From assembly GCA_045863395.1 (NCBI GenBank), contig BTVJ01000004.1:152132-216131 (forward strand): 64,000 nt of DNA, written 5' to 3'. The notes under the pieces were generated by a model that was not told the DNA's origin, did no database searches, and worked only from the letters and a program-made list of their open reading frames with translations. A program made the position numbers and the translations under genes. The DNA comes from Myxococcales bacterium. GTDB lineage: Bacteria; Myxococcota_A; UBA9042; JABWCM01; BTVJ01. Numbering within the stretch: the first letter of the stretch is position 1; every line of letters starts with the position of its first letter. Of this stretch, positions 19,306 through 29,248 are shown in pieces.

Positions 19306-20604
19306 ATGCATTCGAGACTGATCGCGGCGCTGCTGTTCCTGGGGTTCCTGCCCACCGCCGCAGCACAGATCCCCAACCCGAGCCTCCACATCGGCGTGTT
19401 CGGCGGCTATCACCTCCTCGACAGCGACGCGGACTTCGGTGACCACGACCTCGTGCCCCTGCGAAAGCTCGAGAGCGGCCCCGACTTCGGCGTCCGCCTC
19501 GGGCTCAACATCACCTGGCTGGTGGGGGTCGAGGTGGAGTTCGAGGACGCCATCGTCGAGAACACGGTCACGGGCGACTCCGTTCACCTCCTGAGCGGCA
19601 AGGCCCTCGCGGTGTTTCACTGGCTGGAGCACAGCGAGGTCGTCCTGCCCTTCGCCCTCGCCGGCGTGGGCTTCTACCGCCTCCTCGCCGACGACCCCGG
19701 CAACGACGTCGACTTCTTCTTCACCTACGGCGTCGGCGTGAAGTTCATGCTCGCCGACGAGGTCGCCTTCCGCATCCAGGTCAACCACCTCCTCGACGGC
19801 GACGCCCTGGAGGGGGAGGTCGCCAACAACTTCGACGTCACGGGCGGCTTCGACTTCTTCGCGTGGGGCGGCCGCGAGGAGCCGCCACCGCCACCCCCGG
19901 ATCGCGACGGGGATGGCCTCCTCGACTCGGAGGACCGCTGCCCCGACGACGCGGGCCTCATCGCGTACCGCGGGTGCCCGGATCGGGACAAGGACGGCAT
20001 CGCGGACATCGACGACCAGTGCCCCTACGAGCCCGGCGTGCAGTCGCTGCAGGGCTGCCCGGACACCGACGGCGACGGCATCGCCGACTCCAAGGACAAG
20101 TGCCCGAAGCAGCCGGGGCTGGTCGAGTACGACGGCTGCCCCGACACCGACGGCGACACGATCCCGGACCCGCAGGACAAGTGCCCGCAGACCCCGGGCG
20201 TCCCCGAGGAGCAGGGCTGCCCCGCAAAGCCGAAGGAGGAGGTCCTGAAGAAGTTCAGCGGCGCCATCCGCGGCATCCAGTTCGACACGGGCAAGGCGAC
20301 CATCCGCAAGCAGAGCTTCCCGACGCTGGACGAGGCGGTCCAGGTGCTCGCGGAGTTCCCGCTCATCACGCTGATCGTCGAGGGCCACACCGACGACCGG
20401 GGCAGCGACGTCAAGAACCTGAAGCTGAGCCAGGACCGCGCAGACTCGGTGAAGCAGTACTTCGTGGCGAAGGGCATCGCCGCGGACCGCCTCACGGCCA
20501 TCGGCTACGGCGAGACCAAGCCCGTAGCGCCGAACAAGACGGAGGCGGGGCGCCAGGAGAACCGCCGCATCGAGTTCAAGCTGATCCAGCCCAACATCCC
20601 GTAG
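19306..20604 (+). CDS. OmpA-family protein: beta-barrel + 4 thrombospondin type-3 repeats + OmpA peptidoglycan-binding domain
   Basis: GGAGGAG RBS; signal peptide; DxDxDGxxDxxDxCP x4; IQFDTG, EGHTD, LSQDRA, GYGE and NRRIEF. Confidence 0.95.
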   Translation: MHSRLIAALLFLGFLPTAAAQIPNPSLHIGVFGGYHLLDSDADFGDHDLVPLRKLESGPDFGVRLGLNITWLVGVEVEFEDAIVENTVTGDSVHLLSGKALAVFHWLEHSEVVLPFALAGVGFYRLLADDPGNDVDFFFTYGVGVKFMLADEVAFRIQVNHLLDGDALEGEVANNFDVTGGFDFFAWGGREEPPPPPPDRDGDGLLDSEDRCPDDAGLIAYRGCPDRDKDGIADIDDQCPYEPGVQSLQGCPDTDGDGIADSKDKCPKQPGLVEYDGCPDTDGDTIPDPQDKCPQTPGVPEEQGCPAKPKEEVLKKFSGAIRGIQFDTGKATIRKQSFPTLDEAVQVLAEFPLITLIVEGHTDDRGSDVKNLKLSQDRADSVKQYFVAKGIAADRLTAIGYGETKPVAPNKTEAGRQENRRIEFKLIQPNIP

Positions 20605-20631
20605 GCGCCGGCCGCAGGCGCTGGCCGCAGC

Positions 20632-22137
20632 TCAGGCCGACGGATCGACGACCCGCCCCAGGAACAGCACGGTGCCCGTCTTCAGGTCGCGGATGAAGAA
20701 CAGGAACGGGTGGTCGATGTGGACCGGCTTCGGGACGCCGCCGCCCGCGACGATGACGGCGGTCGCCGCGGCTGCCTCCGTCCCCGCCTCGTTCACCTTC
20801 ACGAAGGCCTTGTGGATGACCTCGCTGATGAACAGCTCCTTGGTCCCGTCCATCGGGGACAGATCGGCGGTGCCATAGACGAACGCGTCCGTCATTCCCA
20901 TCCCCTTCAGGGTGTCTGCGAGGAGGGCCTCGGTGGACAGCTCGAAGCGCGGCATGGACAGGGCGATGGACTCGGTCTGGAGGCTCGCGAGGATGCCCTC
21001 GATGGTGGCTGGGGTGAGGCCCTGCTCGAACGTCTCGAAGTTCGTCGGCTCCACGATGACCATGGAGAGCTCCTCGCCGTCGTACGGCAGCTCGACGGCC
21101 AGATAGTCGGCGCCCTCGGCGATGGGGAAGCTCTCGGCCTGCACCATCACCTTGGCGTCGACCGTCGACCCGTCGAGGCGGTGGAACTGGCCGTCGCTCG
21201 TGTACTGCTCGTCGAACTTCGACTTCCACGCCGCGTTGAAGTAGACGGCGTTCGTGAGCACGAGCCGCGTGTCCGCCGTGATCAGGCCGGCCGGGATCAG
21301 CTCGGGGATGCGGTCCTCGGTCATCTCGGCGACCCAGCCGTTGATGATCACGCGCGCCGCCTCGGCGTCCGCCATGAAGTCGAGCAGGGTCATACCCGCG
21401 CCGTAGTTCAGCGCGAGGGTGTCCAGGAACCCGTCGAGGAAGCCGTAGCCCGTCTGGCCCCAGATCGCGTTGACCACGTGCAGGCGAAACTCCTCGCCGT
21501 CGGCGCCCTGGGCGCCCTCACCGCGGCTGTTCAGCTCGAGGTCCAGCCAGTTGAACGCCTGGTGGAGCGTCGCCGGGGGCAGGTCGAAGTGCATGGTGCT
21601 CGCGATCTGGCTCGCCGTCTCGCCGGCGGTGCCCGCGTAGGTCATGGCGAGCGCCACCGAGATGCTCGTGGGGGAGAAGAACAGGTTGCCGGGCTCCTTG
21701 CCGAGCTGGTGGTACAGGTCGAGGGCGAACGCGGTGTTGCCGGCGACCAGGGCCTCCTGGTCGGCGGTCGCGACCTCCGGCGAGAGCTCCCGGGCCAGGC
21801 TCGACTTGACGGTGGTCATGCCGCTCGTCGTGTCCGCGCTCGTGTCCGCACCCGCCTGCGCATCGACCGTGGTGGACGTGTCGTCCGTCCCCGCGGTGTC
21901 CTCGGTCCCCGCGGTGTCCTCCGTCGCCGCCACGTCATCCGCGACCGAGACGTCCGCCCCCACCGCGTCCTCCGCCCCCGCCGTGTCGGCGGCGCCGGTG
22001 TCTGCGATCACGGCGGCGTCGGACTCCGCGGTCGTGTCCCCGGCCGCAGAGCCACCCGAGTCATTGTCGCACCCGGTGCTCAGGGCGATGGCGGCAAGGA
22101 CCGCAGGAAGGAGGCGGGCTGTGAATCTCGTGGTCAT
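20632..22137 (-). CDS. Serpin-family lipoprotein
   Basis: Lipobox STGC; NLFFSPTSI; LVLTNAVYFNAAW; hinge EAGTEAAAAT; DHPFLFFIRD..TGTVLFLGRVVDP. Confidence 0.95.
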   Translation of the reverse strand: MTTRFTARLLPAVLAAIALSTGCDNDSGGSAAGDTTAESDAAVIADTGAADTAGAEDAVGADVSVADDVAATEDTAGTEDTAGTDDTSTTVDAQAGADTSADTTSGMTTVKSSLARELSPEVATADQEALVAGNTAFALDLYHQLGKEPGNLFFSPTSISVALAMTYAGTAGETASQIASTMHFDLPPATLHQAFNWLDLELNSRGEGAQGADGEEFRLHVVNAIWGQTGYGFLDGFLDTLALNYGAGMTLLDFMADAEAARVIINGWVAEMTEDRIPELIPAGLITADTRLVLTNAVYFNAAWKSKFDEQYTSDGQFHRLDGSTVDAKVMVQAESFPIAEGADYLAVELPYDGEELSMVIVEPTNFETFEQGLTPATIEGILASLQTESIALSMPRFELSTEALLADTLKGMGMTDAFVYGTADLSPMDGTKELFISEVIHKAFVKVNEAGTEAAAATAVIVAGGGVPKPVHIDHPFLFFIRDLKTGTVLFLGRVVDPSA

Positions 22138-22201
22138 GGTGGGCTCCTCGGTGGTCGACTTCCGGTAGTCGTGGTGAGCGTCCGCTCGGCCCGGCGGCCA
22201 C

Positions 22202-22216
22202 GCAGGAACCGTGCCA
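22202..22216 (-). promoter_or_regulatory. Sigma54 promoter of the serpin gene
   Basis: Minus strand TGGCACGGTTCCTGC, 65 nt upstream of the start, with about 190 bp of non-coding DNA further upstream. Confidence 0.7.
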
Positions 22217-22409
22217 TGGCACCGCCTCACAGAACCATCCGAGATCACGGCACATCATGGTCGCGCGACGACCAGCGTAGCAGCCAAGGGGTCGGCGCAA
22301 TCACAGCATGGGGAGTATTGCCACACACAGAACAGATGGCGCCAGCGGCCGCTGGTCGGCCGGAGTCGCGCCGAGCGGTTTGCGCAAGCTTCGTTGCCGC
22401 CCCTCGGCG

Positions 22410-22952
22410 TCACCGCAATACGTAGTCACTGCTCCACTGGGGGTCTACCTCGCCGGCGGAGTCATAGAGCCACGGCATCGCGAGCTTGCGGGGGACGCGG
22501 ATGGGCGCCGCGGAGGGACGCTCCGTGCCCCACATGTGGTCCCAGAGCGGGCTCGTCACGCCGTGGTTGCCCTTGACGTCGGTGTAGTGGTGGCGAAAGT
22601 GGTGCCGGCGCAGCCACACCCCGTAGGCGGTCTTGGGCGCGTGGGTGTGGGCGCGGCGGTGGAGCCACTCGTAGGTCAGGTAGAAGCCGACGAAGCCGGC
22701 GAGCCAGCTCCCGCCGACGAGGGGACCGGCCACGGCGAGGGCCGGCCAGAGCAGCAGCGCGACGGCCCCCCCGGCGACCAGCGCCTTCTTCCAGGTCGGT
22801 GCGAAGTAGTTGCCCTCCGCGTGGTGGCGGACGTGCTCCTTGCCGAAGGGGTTGCGCACCGCCTTCGGGCCGTGGCCCGCCCAGCGGTGGATCACGTACT
22901 CCATGAGGCTCCAGGTGAGCGCACCGAGGAGCAGGGCTGGCAGCGCGAGCAT
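22410..22952 (-). CDS. Fatty acid hydroxylase/sterol desaturase family protein
   Basis: His boxes EYVIHRWAGH, HVRHH, YEWLHRRAH and HHFRHH; NHGVTSPLWD. Confidence 0.9.
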   Translation of the reverse strand: MLALPALLLGALTWSLMEYVIHRWAGHGPKAVRNPFGKEHVRHHAEGNYFAPTWKKALVAGGAVALLLWPALAVAGPLVGGSWLAGFVGFYLTYEWLHRRAHTHAPKTAYGVWLRRHHFRHHYTDVKGNHGVTSPLWDHMWGTERPSAAPIRVPRKLAMPWLYDSAGEVDPQWSSDYVLR

Positions 22953-23036
22953 GGGGTCCTCCGAGGCGTTCTGGTCGGTGCTGCCCACCTTAGCACGGCT
23001 CGAAGGGCGGTTGGAGCGCCTCCCGCGGGGGCACCG

Positions 23037-25526
23037 CTACATGGGCGGAGGCGGCGCCCCGATGGGGTCGTAGGGCGCCGACGCCTCGTACACCTCCTGC
23101 GTGACGTAGCCCTTCTTCACGAAGCTGCGGAGGCGGACCTCGACGGCGTCGCGCCACCGCTGTGGGAGGCTGCCGCGCTTGGCCAGGCCCCACGCCTCCT
23201 TCGGAGACGTCTTCAGGTGCATCAGGAAGGCGATCTCCACGGGGGTCAGGCTCCCGACGCCCTTCCTGAAGTAGTGCTGCGCGGCGTTGGCGATGCCGTA
23301 GAGCTTGGTGCCGTACTCGATGCAGTTCAGGTACAGCTCCATGATGCGCCCCTTGTCCAGCGCGCGCTCCATGGCGACGACGATAACGGCCTCCTCCAGC
23401 TTGCGGGCGAGGGTCTTGTCCCGGTGCAGGAACAGGTTCTTCACGAGCTGCTGGCTGATGCTGCTGCCTCCATAGGCATAGCGCCTCTTGGTGAGGTTCA
23501 GGCGGAGCGCCCCCTCGATGGCAGAGCGGCTGAAGCCCTTGTGGACGTAGTGGGCGCCGTCCTCCGTCAGCAAGGGGCCGGCGCGCAGGAGCTCCGGCAT
23601 GGCGCCAATGGAGAGGTAACCCGGGACCGCCGGCCCCACGAACACGCCAATGGGGCCCTTGCCCTCGTCGACCTCCAGCTTGAAGCGACCGCTGATGAGC
23701 TTCAGGCGCTTCTGGACGTCCTTGGGCAGCTTCAGGATGCGGCAGTCGTCCCACCCGCCCTCGGTGACCAGCCGCAGCCCCGCGGGGCGGTCGGGGTCCA
23801 GGTCCAGGATCTCGATGCGCCCGCCGAGCGTGCCCGCGACCTTCAGGTCGTCGGCCATGGACGGCAGCATCCCCCGCGGCACGGACGCGACGACCTTGGC
23901 GCAGTCCTGCTCGGGGATGTCGAAGACCACGTCATAGAGCGGCTTCGTGTCGAGCCTGCGGCCCTTGACGAGGACGCGCGCGCGCCCGCCCTCGGCGCCG
24001 GTCAGGTCCACGGAGACCTCGGCGGTCTTGCCGTCCTCCGGGAGCGAGATCTGGGGCGCCACGGTCACGCCATCGAGCACGACGGGGAGAGGCGAGATGC
24101 GCTTGCTCTCCAGCGTCACTCCACGGAGCGTGACGGCGCCCCGAGGGAGCCTGTCGCCACGCTGCCATGTCGCGGTGACGTCCGCCGTGCCCGCGCCGGT
24201 GAAGAGAGGGCTCGCCCGGTCACGGAGCCAGCGGCCCACGGGCAGCCCCTCGGCCGTGACGGAGAGGGCGCGAGGCGCGAGCCCCTCCAGGGCGACGTCC
24301 CACGTGATGGGCAGCTCGGGGAGGCCCTCCACCCGCGCGGTGGCGCGCCCGGTGGTCGCCGTCCGCGAGGGCGACAGGGCCGCGCTCACCCCCTCCAGCG
24401 CGCCGAGCTCCTCCCCCCGGGGTCCGCGGACGGTCAGCCGTCCGTCTCGGACCCGCAGCGCCGTGGCGAGACCGCGCGCGGCCCCGAGCGGCGGGCGGCC
24501 CTCGGGATCGCCAGGCGGGGCGCCGACCAACCCTCCGAACGCCTTTGGTGCGCCCGAGCCGCCGCGAGCCACCGCCTTCGCCCAGCCGAGCAGCTCGTCC
24601 CGGCCGACGGGGAGTTCCACCTCCACGACCGGCGCGACCAGCTCCACCTCACCCAGGTCGGCCAGGGACCGGGGCAACCCGGTGAGGCCCTCCCGCGGGC
24701 GGACGACGACGCGATCACAGCGCGCAGATCCACGCGCACCGCCCTTCTCGACGGGGAGCAGGCGCAGGCCGCGGAGCTCGAGGGTGCCATCCGCGGCGAG
24801 CGCGACACCGGCGACCGAAGCCGGCAACCCCGGCAGCGGGATCGGGGGCTCGACGGTCACCTCACCGCTCGGCACGCCCCCGTCCAGGCGCCCCGAAGCC
24901 TGCACGTCAGCGGTGCCGCCCAGGCGTCCCCGGGCCTCGACGACGAGGCCGCCGCGGGGGCGGGTCAGCGTGACGCTCAGGTGCTCGACGAGCGGCCGCT
25001 CCCCGACGCGAATGGTCCCATCCAGCACGGTCACCCGCAGGTCCTCGAGGCCACCGCCGCCCCCCCCTCCGGTGCCGCGCGACCGGGGCCTCAGCGCCGC
25101 CACCCTGCGCTGGAGCTCGTCGAGCGCGTCGCGGGCGTCGGGCGGCAGGGCGTCGAGCTGCACGACGAGCCCGTCCACCCGCACCTCGTCGAGGCGCCGC
25201 TCGCCGGCGAGCAGCGCCTCCACGGCGAGGCGCGTCGAGACCTGCGCCACCGCGACGGAGACACCGGCGCCCGCGGGCGCGTCGATGCGCACGTCCCGCA
25301 TCTGGATGCGCCCGAGGAGCCCCACCTCCACCGCCTCGATGTGCACCGACAGCCCGGTCCGGTCCGCGATGGCCCCGAGCCGCGCGCTCAGCTCCGCCCG
25401 AGCCAGGTGCGGGAGCCCGGCCAGCAGGGCACCAGCGGCGGCGCCCAGCAGCAGCCCGGCGAGCGCCCACACCCACCACCACCGAGGGACGGGACCGGGG
25501 CGCCGTTTGTTGGGAGGGGTCGACAC
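23037..25526 (-). CDS. Monofunctional peptidoglycan transglycosylase (GT51) with long periplasmic N-terminal region
   Basis: N-terminal TM; C-terminal EDGAHYVHKG, GGSSISQQLVKN, RKLEE and YLN motifs; no transpeptidase domain. Confidence 0.88.
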   Translation of the reverse strand: MSTPPNKRRPGPVPRWWWVWALAGLLLGAAAGALLAGLPHLARAELSARLGAIADRTGLSVHIEAVEVGLLGRIQMRDVRIDAPAGAGVSVAVAQVSTRLAVEALLAGERRLDEVRVDGLVVQLDALPPDARDALDELQRRVAALRPRSRGTGGGGGGGLEDLRVTVLDGTIRVGERPLVEHLSVTLTRPRGGLVVEARGRLGGTADVQASGRLDGGVPSGEVTVEPPIPLPGLPASVAGVALAADGTLELRGLRLLPVEKGGARGSARCDRVVVRPREGLTGLPRSLADLGEVELVAPVVEVELPVGRDELLGWAKAVARGGSGAPKAFGGLVGAPPGDPEGRPPLGAARGLATALRVRDGRLTVRGPRGEELGALEGVSAALSPSRTATTGRATARVEGLPELPITWDVALEGLAPRALSVTAEGLPVGRWLRDRASPLFTGAGTADVTATWQRGDRLPRGAVTLRGVTLESKRISPLPVVLDGVTVAPQISLPEDGKTAEVSVDLTGAEGGRARVLVKGRRLDTKPLYDVVFDIPEQDCAKVVASVPRGMLPSMADDLKVAGTLGGRIEILDLDPDRPAGLRLVTEGGWDDCRILKLPKDVQKRLKLISGRFKLEVDEGKGPIGVFVGPAVPGYLSIGAMPELLRAGPLLTEDGAHYVHKGFSRSAIEGALRLNLTKRRYAYGGSSISQQLVKNLFLHRDKTLARKLEEAVIVVAMERALDKGRIMELYLNCIEYGTKLYGIANAAQHYFRKGVGSLTPVEIAFLMHLKTSPKEAWGLAKRGSLPQRWRDAVEVRLRSFVKKGYVTQEVYEASAPYDPIGAPPPPM

Positions 25527-25745
25527 GGCGGCGCAGTCTACACGGAATCCGGCGACGCGGCGAGTTGGCGCGCGGGACCGCGCTGGGGGTGCCCGACGCT
25601 CTCCGCGAGACGACTTCGGGGCGCGGGATCGGCGCCAACCGAGGTCCCCGTAGGCGTCGCTGGAGTTGGCCGCCGCACTGGGCGCGGGAGCCCCACTCAC
25701 CGCGTCAAGGCCGCCCGGCAGCCAGCGCCCGCCACGGGAGGTCGG

Positions 25746-27923
25746 CTACGGGTTGCATGCGCAGGCTCCCGAGTCGATGCTGCTCGGCACGCAGTAGCCC
25801 CCCTTGATGGGGCAGGGCACCGAGCAGCTCTTCGGCACGCCGATGCAGGACCCGCCGATGCACCAGTCGAAGTCGGTGCATCCGTCGCCATCGCTGCACC
25901 AGAAGTCACCGTTCGCGTGCTTGCATGCCCCTTGATCGCACCAGTCGGTCGTGCAGGGGTTGCCGTCGTCACAGACCACGCTCTTCCCGCCACACTCGCC
26001 ATCGCTGCACATGTCGTCCGAGGTGCACGGCTGCCCATCGTCGCACGGTCCACCCGAGGGCGGGTGGATACATCCCTTCTCCGGAGAGCAGGAGTCGTCG
26101 GTGCACGGGTTGCCGTCGTGGCAGGTGACCGCGCCACCGCCCGCGCAGACGCCGCCCGTGCACGCATCGCTTTTGGTACACGCGTCCCCGTCGTCACACG
26201 AGCCCCCTTTGAACGCGTGCTTGCACCCGTAGTCGCACCAGTCGTCGGTGCAGGGGTTGGCGTCGTCGCACGAGTCAGGGTCCGTGCCAACGCATCCGCC
26301 GCCGTTGCACTGGTCGGTCTGGGTGCACGCGTTCCCGTCGTCGCAGGGCCCGGCGGCCGCCACGTGGGAGCAACCTCCATCTTTGATACAGGTGTCCGTC
26401 GTGCAGGGGTTCCCGTCGTCGCAGAGCTGGACGGTGGTCGCGGTGCACTTCCCTCCCGCACACGAGTCGTTCATCGTGCAGGGGTCTCCGTCGGAGCAGG
26501 CGCCGGCGACCGGCGAGTGGAGGCACCCGCCGATCATGTCGCAGAGATCGCTCGTGCAGACGTTGCCGTCGTCACAGGTCAGGGTCGCGCCGCCGACGCA
26601 CACGCCGGTGATGCACGTGTCGCCGAACGTGCAGGCGTCGCCGTCGCTGCAGAGCGCCCCTTTGGGGGCGTGAACGCAGCCGGTCGCGGGGTCGCACGAA
26701 TCATCCGTGCATGGGTTGCCATCATCGCAGGGGGTGACCACACCGGCGCACGCGCCGTCGACGCACGTGTCGCCCTGCGTGCAGGCGTCTCCGTCGGAGC
26801 AGGGGCCCGCAACGGGCAGGTGCGTACACCCCGACGAGCCGTCGCACCCGTCGAGGGTGCAACCGCTGCCGTCGTCACAGAAGAAGGCCGCTCCCTCGCA
26901 GGCGCCGCTCACGCAGACGTCCCCCGTGGTGCAGGGGTCGCCGTCGGTGCAAGGCAGCCCTGTCAAAGGCGTGGCGACGCAGGCGCCATCCGAGGGGTCG
27001 CACGCGACCGCCGTGCAGGGATCGCTCGCCGCCGGGCACACCACCTTGCTGCCCGGCACGATGCCACACTGGCCGTCGAGACACGAGAGCAGGCCGTTGC
27101 AGGGGTTGCCCTCGCCGATCACCGCGCAGTCGTCGTCACCCGTGCACGGGCACCCTCCCACGCCGCTGCACACCCCGCCCGCGCACTGATCGTCGTCGGT
27201 GCACGGGTTGCCGTCGTCGCAGGGGCCCTCCGAGACCAGGGCGTAGCAGCCTATGAGCGGGTCGCAGGCGTACGCGGTGCACTCCTCGCCGTCGTCGCAC
27301 GGGACGGACGGGCCGCCCTGGCACACGCCCGCCAGGCACGTGTCGAAGGCGGTACAGGCGTCGCCGTCCTCGCAGGCCGGGCCGGTCGCGGCGTAGTGCT
27401 CGCAGCCGGCACTGCCGCACAGATCTGCGGTGCAGGGGTCGCCATCGTCGCAGTCGAGGTCTGGAAGACATGGCCCGGCGTCCGCGTCGTCGACGCCTCT
27501 TGCGTCGCTCCCGGCATCGCCACCCCCGTCCCCGTCCGAGTCACCAGCACCGTCAGAGCTGTCCGGGAGCGCCGTATCCGCGATGGCATCGGCGCCGGGG
27601 GGCGCGTCCGGCCCGGCATCGGGCACCGCGACGTCCCCGGCCACGTCGGAGACACTGAGGCCCACGTCGGGTCCACCCGTCGTCGCGTCCGTCCCCTGGA
27701 TTCCGCCCACGTCCCCGCCCAGCCCATCGAAGGCGGCGTCGGCCGCGCCGAGCGACTCTGCGGGGACGCACACGCCGACGGCCTCACCGGCCCGCTCGCA
27801 GCGCCAGCCCGGACCGCAGGAGGAGTCGACCTCGCAGGCATAGAGCTGGCCATCGACGACGACCGCGGAGCACCTCACCAGCGAGGCGAACGCCAGGACC
27901 AACGCCAGGACACCCCGGCTCAT
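25746..27923 (-). CDS. Exported Cys-rich repeat protein (~20 CDDGNPCT-type, slime-mould-like repeats)
   Basis: Signal/lipobox-like N-terminus; acidic linker; alternating CxDGxxCTxDxC units. Confidence 0.85.
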   Translation of the reverse strand: MSRGVLALVLAFASLVRCSAVVVDGQLYACEVDSSCGPGWRCERAGEAVGVCVPAESLGAADAAFDGLGGDVGGIQGTDATTGGPDVGLSVSDVAGDVAVPDAGPDAPPGADAIADTALPDSSDGAGDSDGDGGGDAGSDARGVDDADAGPCLPDLDCDDGDPCTADLCGSAGCEHYAATGPACEDGDACTAFDTCLAGVCQGGPSVPCDDGEECTAYACDPLIGCYALVSEGPCDDGNPCTDDDQCAGGVCSGVGGCPCTGDDDCAVIGEGNPCNGLLSCLDGQCGIVPGSKVVCPAASDPCTAVACDPSDGACVATPLTGLPCTDGDPCTTGDVCVSGACEGAAFFCDDGSGCTLDGCDGSSGCTHLPVAGPCSDGDACTQGDTCVDGACAGVVTPCDDGNPCTDDSCDPATGCVHAPKGALCSDGDACTFGDTCITGVCVGGATLTCDDGNVCTSDLCDMIGGCLHSPVAGACSDGDPCTMNDSCAGGKCTATTVQLCDDGNPCTTDTCIKDGGCSHVAAAGPCDDGNACTQTDQCNGGGCVGTDPDSCDDANPCTDDWCDYGCKHAFKGGSCDDGDACTKSDACTGGVCAGGGAVTCHDGNPCTDDSCSPEKGCIHPPSGGPCDDGQPCTSDDMCSDGECGGKSVVCDDGNPCTTDWCDQGACKHANGDFWCSDGDGCTDFDWCIGGSCIGVPKSCSVPCPIKGGYCVPSSIDSGACACNP

Positions 27924-28090
27924 GGGGGTGACGAGCCGCGCGCCCGTGCGGCAGCGAGGCGGGTCGGAGCGCAGCGCCGCCGGAGGCGAGTCTCCGTCGC
28001 GTCCCGACCTGCCGACGTCGAGAGGCGGCCAGAGCAGTACACGGCAGGCCCGGGCAAGTCGGGTGGGGCCCGCGCCTGTCCCGCGGCCCA

Positions 28091-29035
28091 TCAGAACCTC
28101 CCGCCGAGCGCCACGCCGCCTGGCCAGACCAGGGGCGCGAGGGCCGTGGGGGCGTCGTCTGCAGAGGCGTCTAGGACGAACAGGATGATCGACGTCGCCA
28201 GCGCTCCGCCGCCGACCGCCAGCAGGGCGACGCCTGCGTCGGACTTCGCGGCGGCCGAGTCGGCCAGGTCGAGCGCCTCCGCCCGGCCCACGCTGATCAC
28301 TCTCCCCGCGGCGTCCAGTTGGGGGTCCTCGACGGCGGCCGCGTCGGCACGGCCGAGGGCCAGCAGGGTCCCTCCTCCGGCGGCGAGGGCGACCCCGGCA
28401 CCGAGCGTCGCCCAGGCCCAGACGCCGAGATCGTCACCGCGAGGGGGCGGCAGGGCCACGCTCGCGAGGTTGAGCGCGACGTCGAGCGTGATCGCGTCGC
28501 CCGAGGGCACGTCCGCCGAGACGGTCGCGGGCTCGCGGCCCGGAGCCTCCACCGTGACGCTGATCCTCCCGGCCGGGACCGGCACCCGCTCGGCCGGAAG
28601 GGCCACCGACTCGGCCCCGTCGATGCGCGCGGCTGCACCCGCTGCGTCGGCGCTGATCGAGAGCCAGCCGTGACCGAGGGCGGCCTTCACAGCGGCGAGG
28701 CGCTCGGCGGCCTGGACCCGATCCGCCTCCGGAGGGTCGGTCGCCAGAAAGAGTTGGTAGGCGTCGATGGCCTCGGCGAGGTTTCCCGCCTTCTCCTCCG
28801 CGCGCCCGAGGTTCCAGTACAGCTCCCGCTCTGGCTGCACTGCGATGACCCGCCGCAGGAGCGCGGCGGCCCGCGCGTAGTCTCCCTGGCCATAGGCCTC
28901 GCGCGCGTCCCGATAGAGGGCGGCGGCTTCCTCCTTCGTGGCGGGCTCACCGGGCGCCTGGGCCGCGGCAGACGCTCCGCCGAGCAGCGTGACCGCGACG
29001 AGCACGGCGGTGACGGAGTTTGGCTTCGGGTTCAT
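28091..29035 (-). CDS. TPR + PEGA domain exported protein with C-terminal hydrophobic segments
   Basis: Signal peptide; LYWNLGRAEEKAG...Y..FL TPR; GWLSIS...GAAARIDG PEGA; myxobacterial-type tail. Confidence 0.85.
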   Translation of the reverse strand: MNPKPNSVTAVLVAVTLLGGASAAAQAPGEPATKEEAAALYRDAREAYGQGDYARAAALLRRVIAVQPERELYWNLGRAEEKAGNLAEAIDAYQLFLATDPPEADRVQAAERLAAVKAALGHGWLSISADAAGAAARIDGAESVALPAERVPVPAGRISVTVEAPGREPATVSADVPSGDAITLDVALNLASVALPPPRGDDLGVWAWATLGAGVALAAGGGTLLALGRADAAAVEDPQLDAAGRVISVGRAEALDLADSAAAKSDAGVALLAVGGGALATSIILFVLDASADDAPTALAPLVWPGGVALGGRF

Positions 29036-29248
29036 GACAGGCCTCCCCTCCCCGCGCGGGGAGGACTGCGCCGCGGGAGCGACGAACGTGCGGCGAACCA
29101 GGGATCCAGCGGGGCGCCTTACGCGAAGCGGAATGCTAGCAGACGACGCCGCGCTTGCCCAAGCGGTTGACACGGAGGCGAGAGAGTTCCTGCCAACGGG
29201 ACGGTTACACGGGGCCCCCGCGGCAACCGCTGCCCGGCGGAGTCACGA

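Noticed and set aside
22211..22231. Palindrome GTGCCATGGCAC suggesting a second, plus-strand sigma54 promoter
   Set aside because: Plus-strand copy lacks the -12 GC and has no downstream plus-strand gene
25746..27500. Cys-rich repeats as multiheme or RiPP precursor arrays
   Set aside because: No CxxCH motifs or leader/core organisation; the pattern fits disulfide/Ca-binding structural repeats
22308..28673. 2121-aa plus-strand ORF
   Set aside because: Antisense shadow of four well-supported minus-strand genes; R/A/G/P-rich with no motifs, as expected from stop-codon scarcity at high GC
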